This document shows positions 56,120 through 64,000 of a stretch of DNA of 64,000 nucleotides, piece after piece. Below the pieces are notes generated by a model. It ran no database searches. It worked only from the letters and a program-made list of their open reading frames with translations, and was not told the origin of the DNA. Source of the stretch: Candidatus Fervidifonticultor secundus (GTDB taxonomy: Bacteria; Sysuimicrobiota; Sysuimicrobiia; Sysuimicrobiales; Humicultoraceae); the NCBI GenBank assembly GCA_031459385.1, contig JAVKIP010000001.1, forward strand, positions 128,001 to 192,000, read 5' to 3'. The position numbers and the translations under genes were made by a program. Position 1 is the stretch's first letter, and each line of letters opens with the position of its first letter.

Positions 56120-57367
56120 TTACTGGTAGAGGAGGAACCGCTCCCGGAGCGTCAGGAACCGCTGCAGCGCGGGCTGCCAGCGGGCCACGATCGTCGCCGC
56201 GTCGTCGCCGCGCAGGATACCCAGGCGGACGTCCTTCGTCCCCCACACGAGGTCGAACAGGTACGGCCCCCGGCGGGGCGTGACGAACCGCAGGCGGTCG
56301 CCGTGCAGCCGCCGGATCTCCACCAGGATGTACACCATCGTCGTCGACGGCCGAAAGACGGCGGGGTCGGTGATGTGGAGCCGGACGCCGTGCCAGACCC
56401 GGCCGGTGCGCGGATGGGGTAGCGCCGAGGTCGAGAAGCGCACGCCCGGCAGCCCGTAACGGTTGAGGCGTTCCGCCAGCCGGCGGCCGTCGAGCCATGG
56501 GGCCACCACGACCTGGAAGCGCGAGTCGGTGGCCACGCCGTTCCAGAGGTTGGTACCGTCGGCGGGGCCGGTGGCGGCGTAGTGGAAGACGGCCTCCGGG
56601 CCGGTAATTCCCGGCGACGGGTTGACCCACGGGAGGCCGGTCTCTTCCCAGCGCATCGTGCGCGTCCAGCCCTCCATGGGCACCACGGTCAGGTCCGCGC
56701 CGATCGCGAACGCCTCGTTGTAGAGCCCGGCCAGCTCGCCGATCGTCATGCCGAAGACGTAAGGGATGGAATACATGCCGATGAACGAGCGGAGCGCCGG
56801 CTCCAGCACGGGGCCGTCCACGACCGTCCCGCCCATGGGGTTGGGACGGTCGAGCACGATCACCTTCTTGCCCGCCTCGCGCGCGGCGGCCATGACCAGC
56901 GCCATCGTGGACGTGTAGGTGTAGGCGCGCACGCCCACGTCCTGGAGGTCGACGACCAGGGCATCGACGCGCGCCAGCATGTGGCGCGTGGGCCGGAACG
57001 TGCCGCCGTAGAGGCTGAACACCGGCGTACGGCCGGGGATGGTGGGCACGACCTCGCCCGCGTCGTACGTGCCGTCGAGCCCGTGCTCCGGCGCGAACAG
57101 CGCCGTCAGGCGCGCCTGCTGGGCTTCGGCCAGCAGCTGCGCCGAGGTCTTCCCGTCGCGGTTGACGCCGGCTTGGTGCGTCACCAGGCCCAGCCGGGTG
57201 CCCCGCAGCGCGTTCAGCTCGCCGAGCAGGCGGTCGATCCCGGGGGTGACGGCGGGGGCAGCGCCGCGCGGCGCCACGGGCGGCTGGGCTGCCAGCGGCC
57301 GTGCAGCCAGGGAGAGCACGGCGGCCAGCAGCAGGGACGACACGACCTGGTGGGGCGATCGTGGCAT
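56120..57367 (-). CDS. namZ: DUF1343 exo-beta-N-acetylmuramidase NamZ family
   Basis: LFAPEHG, SLYG, DLQDVG.R.YTY, VLDRPNP, GMTIGELA, W..PSP; signal peptide. Confidence 0.9.
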   Translation of the reverse strand: MPRSPHQVVSSLLLAAVLSLAARPLAAQPPVAPRGAAPAVTPGIDRLLGELNALRGTRLGLVTHQAGVNRDGKTSAQLLAEAQQARLTALFAPEHGLDGTYDAGEVVPTIPGRTPVFSLYGGTFRPTRHMLARVDALVVDLQDVGVRAYTYTSTMALVMAAAREAGKKVIVLDRPNPMGGTVVDGPVLEPALRSFIGMYSIPYVFGMTIGELAGLYNEAFAIGADLTVVPMEGWTRTMRWEETGLPWVNPSPGITGPEAVFHYAATGPADGTNLWNGVATDSRFQVVVAPWLDGRRLAERLNRYGLPGVRFSTSALPHPRTGRVWHGVRLHITDPAVFRPSTTMVYILVEIRRLHGDRLRFVTPRRGPYLFDLVWGTKDVRLGILRGDDAATIVARWQPALQRFLTLRERFLLYQ

Positions 57368-57543
57368 ATGGCCTCCCTACGTCACTTCGACGTGCGGTGA
57401 TCCGGGCCTGTCTCCTCTCATGCCCAACCGGGGGAGCGTTGCGACGCTGCCGCCCCGACGGGGGAAACGCCCCGACTGCCTGGAACTGAGGGGCCGGGAG
57501 CCTGGTCCCCCGAGAACCAGTCCCCGGAGGAGGGTGGTGCGGC

Positions 57544-58725
57544 GTGTGGATCGCGGTGAGGGCGCGACGCATTCTGGACGGCACGGGCAGGCCGCCGCTG
57601 GAGCACGGCGTGGTGCTGATCGAGGGCGACAGGATCAGGGCCGTGGGGCGCCAGGCGGACGTGGCTATCCCAGAAGGCGCGCAGGTCTACGACTGCGGCG
57701 CGCACACCGTCCTGCCCGGGTTCGTGGACGCGCACTCGCACGCCTCGATCGTCCCAGGGCTCGGCGACCAGATCGGGCAGCTGCGCCAGGCGCCGGCCCG
57801 GCAGCTGCTGCGGGCCGTGCAGAACCTGCGCGTCGACCTGCGGTCGGGCGTCACCACGATGCGGGTCGTGGGCGAGGAGCACTTCATCGACATCGAGCTG
57901 CGGGACGCCATCGCCGCCGGTCGCCTGCCCGGCCCGCGGCTGCAGGTCGCGACGCGCCCGATCACCGCGCGGCACGGCCACGGGGCCGCCCTGACCTACT
58001 CCGACGGCGAAGACCAGATCCGCCGGCACATCCGCGAGAACGTCGCCGCCGGCTGTGACCTGATCAAGCTCTTCATGACCGGCGGCGTCTCCAGCACGGC
58101 CGGCGGGACCCAGTGGTACGCGTACTCGCCGGCCGAGGTCGCCGCTGCCGTGGACGAGGCCCACCGGAACCAGCGGCCGGTGGCCGTGCACGCGCATGGC
58201 GGACCTGGCCTGCGGCTGTGCGTCGCCGCGGGCGTGGACACCATCGAGCACGGTAAGCTGGCCACCCGCGAGGACCTGGACGAGATGCGCCGGCGGGGGG
58301 TCTGGCTCGTCACCAACAACGCGATCAGCGGGCATCCCGAGGGCATCGAGAAGGGCGACGGGCACAATCCGGTGATCATGGCCAAACTCCGCGAGGCCCG
58401 CGCACACGCGCGGCAGACCTTCCGCCACGTCCTCGATAGCGGCGTCCGGTGGGCGCTTGGTACCGATGCGATGCACGGCCTGATCTGGTGGGAGATCGCC
58501 CAGGTGGTGGAATGGGGCGCCGACCCGCACGACGCTATCCTGGCCGCCACCCGGCGGGCGGCCGAGGCCATCGGCATGGGGCAGGAGGTCGGCAGCCTGG
58601 AGCCGGGCAAGCTGGCCGATCTGGTCAGCGTCGATGGCGATCCGCTGCGCGACGTCGCGTGCCTGCAGCGCGTCGGGCTCATCCTGCAGGGCGGTCGACG
58701 CGTGGACACCCTCTCGCCCCTGTGA
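57544..58725 (+). CDS. Amidohydrolase family metalloenzyme (Xaa-Pro dipeptidase-like)
   Basis: PGFVDAHSH, IK...TGG, HAHG, IEHG, GTD, G.LE.GK.AD. Confidence 0.9.
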   Translation: MWIAVRARRILDGTGRPPLEHGVVLIEGDRIRAVGRQADVAIPEGAQVYDCGAHTVLPGFVDAHSHASIVPGLGDQIGQLRQAPARQLLRAVQNLRVDLRSGVTTMRVVGEEHFIDIELRDAIAAGRLPGPRLQVATRPITARHGHGAALTYSDGEDQIRRHIRENVAAGCDLIKLFMTGGVSSTAGGTQWYAYSPAEVAAAVDEAHRNQRPVAVHAHGGPGLRLCVAAGVDTIEHGKLATREDLDEMRRRGVWLVTNNAISGHPEGIEKGDGHNPVIMAKLREARAHARQTFRHVLDSGVRWALGTDAMHGLIWWEIAQVVEWGADPHDAILAATRRAAEAIGMGQEVGSLEPGKLADLVSVDGDPLRDVACLQRVGLILQGGRRVDTLSPL

Positions 58726-58789
58726 GCGCCCGGGCTCGCCCGACTGCGGCCACCCCGCCCTGGGCATATACGCCGGGGAGGGGGATCGG

Positions 58790-59509
58790 ATGGCCTGGTT
58801 CTGGCGACCCAGGCGGCAGGGCGTCGAGCAACGGATGGTGCCGCGCATCCCGCTGGCCGTGCCGGTGCGGTATGGCACCGACCGCGGGCATGCCGGTATC
58901 GGCGTCCTGATCGACGTGACCGAGCGCGGGGCCGGCCTGCTGGTACACGCTATCACACCCGACGCCGGGACCCTCTGGATCCGCTTCCTCTGGTTCGACG
59001 ATCAGGTCGGGGTGCAGGGGCGCGTCGTCTTCATCCAGCCGACGCCCGAGGGCCAGCACATCGGGGTGCGGTTCCGGCCGCTGCCCGGGGCGTCCCGCCG
59101 CTTCATCACCGACCTGCTGATCCCCTACGGGTTGCGCAAGTTCCGGCATGACCGCCGGCATCCATTCTCGCTGCTCCAGGCCCTGGCAGCGTCGCCGCGC
59201 CCGGGGCGGGTCGGACAGTGCCGGCGGCGCTACCTGCCCGTGCTGGTCGAGCAGGGCGACTACCGGGCCTGGGCGGTGACCGAGGACCGGACCGACGAGG
59301 GCGCGCTGTTGCTGGTCCCGCACCCGCTGCAGGCGGACGCGGCCGTGCGCCTGACCACCTGGGGGACGTTCGTGACGCGCTACGGCATGGTGGACAGCAC
59401 TGAGACGCTGGCGCTCCCGCCCGTCACCCTGCACCGGCTGGTGGTGCGCTTCGTCGATCAGGCCGTCGGCCCAGCTGCCGGCGAGCCGCCGCGCGTCCGC
59501 GGCGCGTGA
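58790..59509 (+). CDS. PilZ domain protein with a second degenerate PilZ-like half
   Basis: QRMVPR (RxxxR), DVTERGAG (D-x-S/T-x-x-G), IGVRF; second half RRRY..., DRTDEGA, VVRF. Confidence 0.7.
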   Translation: MAWFWRPRRQGVEQRMVPRIPLAVPVRYGTDRGHAGIGVLIDVTERGAGLLVHAITPDAGTLWIRFLWFDDQVGVQGRVVFIQPTPEGQHIGVRFRPLPGASRRFITDLLIPYGLRKFRHDRRHPFSLLQALAASPRPGRVGQCRRRYLPVLVEQGDYRAWAVTEDRTDEGALLLVPHPLQADAAVRLTTWGTFVTRYGMVDSTETLALPPVTLHRLVVRFVDQAVGPAAGEPPRVRGA

Positions 59510-59743
59510 GACGGCGGCAGCGCCTCGCCTGGCAGACCACCCCGCGCGGCCACCCTGCTCCCGCCCTCGTCCGAGGCGGTACCACGCCGGCGCGCTTGCG
59601 GCTGTCACCTGGCGCCGCGCGCCATCGCTGTGCGGTAGGTCCGCGGGAGCTCGCGGAGGTAGTCGCCGGCGAAGTAGAATGGCAGGGCGGGCGGTCGCCT
59701 GGCGTGGAGGCGGGCCGGTGCGAGACCGACGCGAGGAGGAGCC

Positions 59744-60247
59744 ATGCTGATCAGCGAGCGCATGAACGCCGCCCTGAACGAGCAGATTGGGCGCGAGTTC
59801 GGGGCGTCCCTGCAGTACGTGAACATTGCCGCGCACTTCGCCGAGCAGAACCTCCCACTGCTGTCGGCACACTTCTACCGACAGGCCGAGGAGGAGCGGG
59901 AGCACGCCCTGCGCATCGTGCGCTACATCACCGATGCCGGTGGCCACGTGGCCATCCCGGCGGTGCCGGGGCCGAAGACACAGTTCGCCGCGGCCGAGGA
60001 GGCGGTGAAGCTCTCCCTGGAGTGGGAGCAGGAGGTCACCCGTCAGATCCACCGCCTGGTGGAGCTGGCGGTCAAGGAGAACGACTACACCACGCAACAG
60101 ATGCTCCAGTGGTTCGTCGAGGAACAGCTCGAGGAAGTGGCGAGCATGGAGGAGTTGCTGAGCGTCGTCCGGCGCGCGGGCGAAGGTGGCCTGCTGCTCG
60201 TCGAGGAGTTCCTGGCGCGCAAGGGCCGCACGGGCAGCGAGGGGTAA
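59744..60247 (+). CDS. ftnA: Ferritin
   Basis: LNEQI..E..A...Y, Q..EE..HA, E..VT..I, LQWFV.EQ.EE ferroxidase motifs. Confidence 0.93.
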   Translation: MLISERMNAALNEQIGREFGASLQYVNIAAHFAEQNLPLLSAHFYRQAEEEREHALRIVRYITDAGGHVAIPAVPGPKTQFAAAEEAVKLSLEWEQEVTRQIHRLVELAVKENDYTTQQMLQWFVEEQLEEVASMEELLSVVRRAGEGGLLLVEEFLARKGRTGSEG

Positions 60248-60296
60248 CGAGCCCTCACGCGCAGCGTCGCGTGCCGCCAGCGGGCGGCCGCGACGG

Positions 60297-63200
60297 TCAG
60301 GACGGGGCCGCGGCGACCGCCCGGACCCGCGGGCTGGCCAGGAAGATCGCGCGCAGGTCGTCGGGCAGGCTCGCGGCGATCTGCCGGTGGAGGCGGTCGA
60401 GCGCGGCGCGGTCCTCCGGGCGTCCGAACAGCGCCACGCGCAGCTCCAGCGCCCGCCGGAGCACCGGGGCGTGCTCCGCATCCTGCGCCTGCTGGACCGC
60501 CCGGGCGAGCAGGCCGTCTGCGGCTGCGCGCTGTCCCTCGTGCGCGGCGAGCCTGGCGTCGATGACCGCCAGGCCGGCCAGATAGGCAGGCGATCCGTGC
60601 TGCGTGACCGCCGCGCGGCGCCGATCTGCGAAGCGACGAGCGTCGTCGACGGCTGCGAGGTCGATCATCACCCAGCACACCGGCAGGACGAGCATGGCGT
60701 CGACGGGCGCGAACGCCGCCTGGGGGAGGTTGCGCAGGAGCTCGATCCGCCGGGTGAGCTCGTCGCGGTCCTGCCGGAGATACGCGCTCAACAGCCCGCT
60801 CAACTCGCCGATCGAGCGCCAGGCCACGCTGCCGGTGCCAGTCTGTGCTCCCCGGTCCAACGGCGCAAGGGCACGTTCCACCGCGCCGATCTCGATGTAG
60901 CACAGGCCTAGGGTGACGTAGAGGAACGGGAGCTCCCGGGGCGTGAGCTCGCGCGCCGCCGGCAACACGTCATCGGAGAGGCGGATCGCCTCGCCCCCCG
61001 TCCGGTATCCCAGTAGAGCTGCGCGAGGAACTCCTTGGCGTAGACCGCGCGGCGCCGGTCGCCGATGGTCTCCGCCAGTGCCAGCGCCGCCTCGTTGTAC
61101 TCCAGCGCCCGTCGTGGCTCGCCGGCCCAGGTGTGGACCACGCCGAGGTAACTGAGGCTGGTGGCCTCGCGTGAGCGATCCCCCGCCGCGCGGGCGATCA
61201 CGAGCGCGTCCGTCGCGGCCGCGATCGCCTCGTCGGTCTGGCCCAGCGCCAGGTGGGTCATGCAGCGGAGGTTCAGCGCGCGGGCCAGCGTGGCGTGGTC
61301 GTCGGTCTCGCGCAGCAGGGTCACGGCCTCGCCGAGCGTGCGCTGCGCGAACGGCATCTCCCCGCGGTCCCAGGCCACGGTGGCCAGGTCGACCAGGGAG
61401 AGCGCCAGGGCCCGGCGGTCGTCGGAGGCGCGGGCGAGCGCCGCGGCACGCTGGAAGTGCTGCTCGGCCTCGTCCAGCCTGGCCTCGCGGTGGTGGACGA
61501 ACCCGACGCGGTTCTCGAAGGCCGCTTCCCGCGCCCGGTCGCCTGCGGCCTGCGCGAGCCGCAGGCCGGCCTGGAAGTCGGCCAGCGCCGCGGCGTAGTC
61601 GCCCAGCAGCTGGTGGACCTCGCCCCGACCCAGGTACAGCGCTGGGAGGTCGGCCTGGAGGCCGGCGATCTGTGCCGCGGCCAGCGCCTGCTCGTACAAC
61701 CGCAGGGCGTCGGCGTTGGCGTACTGGCGTCGGGCCTTCGCCGCGGCCCGGTGCAGGTACACGGCGGCCCGGGCATCGTCACCGCCCAGGCGGAAGTGCT
61801 CGGCCACGATCTCCACGCTGTCCTCGGCGCGGTCGCCCAGCCGCGCCTCCAGCCATCGGGCTGCCTCGGCGTGGGCGCGCTGCCGCTGCGCGCGGGGCAG
61901 CATCCCGTAGGCGACCTCGCGGGTCAGGGTCTGCCGGAACGCGAACTCGGGCTCGTCCCCCCACCGCCGACCGCGCGTGCTCCTCGACTAGGTCTTTCGC
62001 CGCCAGCGCCACGATGATGCGACGCGCCTCGTCGGGGGAGACGCCGGCCAGCTGCGCCGTCGCCGACGGCCAGAACGCGTGGCCGATGACCGCCGCAGCC
62101 TGCAGGACGCGGCGCTCCTCCGCCGGCAGCCGGTCGATGCGCGCGGCGATGACGGCCTGAATCGTATCGGGCACGGCCAGGTCGGCACCCGGGCGCCAGG
62201 GTTCCTCCTCCATGGCGACCATGCCCACGAGCTCCTCGGCGAACAGCGGGTTGCCTTCGGCCCGGCGCACGAGCGCCTGCCGCACCTCGGGCCGCAGCGG
62301 ACGCGGGCTCAGCGCGTCGATCAGCCGTTCCGTCTCGTCCGGTGTGAGCGGGTGCAGGTCGATGTGGAGCTGGTTGCGCCCGCCGGCGCCCCACGCGGGC
62401 CGGCGCTCGAGCAGTTCTGGCCGCGCGACGCAGACCAGGCAGAGTGCAGCGTTGCGGACATCCGCGACGATCGACGGCACCAGATCCAGCAGCCCCTCGT
62501 CCGCCCAGTGCATGTCCTCGAAGACCACGATCACCGGCCGGCGCCGGGCCAGCCGCGCCAGCAGCTGCCGCCAGGCGTCGAACAGCTGCTGCCGCGTCCG
62601 GCCGGGGTCGTCGTGGCCGTTGCCGCTGCCGAAGGTGAGCCACAGCCCGTCCAGCACCTCGTCCGCGTCGCCGATCGCCTCGCGCAGCCAGTGAGCCAGG
62701 CGGGCGCGCACGGTCTCCGGCGGGTCGGTGTCGTGCCAGCCCGCCTGCGCCCGCAGGATGTCCAGCAGGGCGTGGTACCCGATCCGACCCGCCAGCGCCA
62801 GGCTGCGGCCGCGCAGGCACAGCGGCGCGGGATCGCCGGCGCCGACCGCGGCCAGGAACTCGTGGACGAGGCGGGTCTTGCCGACGCCGGGCTGCCCGAG
62901 GCTCGTCACCAGGTGCACCTGCGGGGTACGGCGGCTCCGCTCGTAGGTCCCGCGCAGCAGCTCGAACTCTACCTCGCCGTCTACCAGCGGGGCCAGCAGG
63001 CCGTGGGTCCGCTGCCGCTCCTCCAGGGGCGCGATCGCCTCCCACACCCGCAGCGGCGCCGTCTTGCCCTTGGCTTCCACCGGGGCCAACTCGCGGTAGG
63101 CGATGGCGCCGCGCGTCAGGCGGTAGGTACGCTCGCCGACGACGACCGCGCCCGGCGCGGCGGCCTGCTGAATGCGGGCCGCCACGGTGACCGCGTCGGA

Positions 63201-63704
63201 GACCAGGAAGTCGCGGTCGAACGGCGAGCCCGAGGCGGCTACCACTTCGCCGGTGTTGATGCCCACACGGACGCTCAACTGCAGCTGGTGCGCCGCCAGC
63301 GCGGTGTAGAGCGACGCCAGGGCGGGCTGCAGCGCCAGGCCGGCGCGTACCGCCCGCTCGGGGTCGTCCTCGTGTGTGGCTGGCAGGCCGAAGGTCGCCA
63401 GCACCCCGTCGCCCAGCAGGTTGGCGACGGTTTCACCGAACCGCTCGACCGTCTGCTGCACGGCGGTGTAGAACCGACCGATGACGGCACGGGCGTCTTC
63501 GGGGTCGAGCCGCTCGGTGAGCCCCGTGGATCCCACCAGGTCGACGAAAACGGTGGTGATGACGCGGCGGGCCTCGGCCGTGAGGATCTGGCCACCCGCC
63601 TGCTGCGGCCCTGCGGCCAGGCCGCGGCCGCAGTTGGCGCAGAAGTTGGCCATCGGCGGATTGTCGAATCCACAGATGGCACACCGCCGCGCGTCTGCGG
63701 CCAT
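60297..63704 (-). pseudogene. Zinc ribbon - class III nucleotide cyclase - AAA/STAND ATPase - TPR protein interrupted by two frameshifts
   Basis: CAICG..N....NFCANCG, FVDLVGST, GDG, GQPGVGKT, FEDMHWAD, GNPLF, then TPR repeats. Reading frame changes at the C6 runs 61957-61962 and 60994-60999. Confidence 0.8.
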
Positions 63705-63895
63705 AGATGTTGTTTTCGTCCGGGCCGGGCGGACCTCCTCGGCAGGGAGGCGCACCGTATCGGGACAGACGTGCACCGTGGGGTATGGCCGTGCACCGCG
63801 CCGGCAGGGAACGGCGCCGCGTGGCGGGGAATGTCGGGAAGACCGGCGGCGTGGCGGCGCCGCCGACATCGCGTCCGGGGTGCGTGGAGGGCGGC

Positions 63896-64000
63896 ATGTA
63901 CGACCTGGTGGTGCGCGGGGGCACGGTGGTGACCACGGGCGCCGAGGGGGTCTGTGACGTCGGCGTGCACGACGGGCGCATCGCGCAGCTGGGCGGCCCC
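63896..64000 (+). CDS. Cyclic amidohydrolase (dihydropyrimidinase/allantoinase/dihydroorotase-like), N-terminus only
   Basis: GGAGG SD, then MYDLVVRGGTVVT..G..DVGV.DGRIAQLG; truncated by the window end. Confidence 0.75.
   Translation, partial: MYDLVVRGGTVVTTGAEGVCDVGVHDGRIAQLGGP

Noticed and set aside
1..64000. CRISPR arrays, rRNA, IS elements, anti-phage defence operons
   Set aside because: No regularly spaced direct repeats, rRNA-like sequence, transposase motifs or recognisable defence genes were seen.

Overview
Very GC-rich, gene-dense bacterial chromosome segment. A thermophilic Armatimonadota-like lineage is my guess from gene content only. It holds a branched-chain-type ABC cassette, dnaX-ybaB-recR, fabI, a sulfur module (ATP-grasp, Sm-like small protein, rhodanese, TauT-type ABC), a sugar-type ABC operon with two queuosine-salvage (DUF2419/Qng1)-like paralogues plus a nucleoside hydrolase and an SDR, a less GC-rich catabolic block (tcuAB-like, GntR, peptide-type ABC, three DUF3830-like genes, ALDH, ornithine cyclodeaminase-like), tRNA-Lys(TTT), nirK, cspA, a DNA repair patch (archaeal-type ATP ligase, Ada, divergent EndoV, DUF72), namZ, ferritin and a doubly frameshifted cyclase-ATPase-TPR gene. 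The best candidate for an undescribed system is a repeated cis-element in front of the two sulfur-related operons: a short leader ORF encoding PR[D/E]CICP followed by a conserved GCGAAGGC-loop-GCCTTCGC hairpin. In one copy the Cys codons are complementary to the downstream ribosome-binding site and start codon, which suggests a cysteine-sensing leader-peptide attenuator. The second candidate is the twin-Qng1 modified-nucleoside catabolic operon. No CRISPR array, rRNA, integrase or transposase was seen. All family calls come from motif recognition by eye, not database searches.
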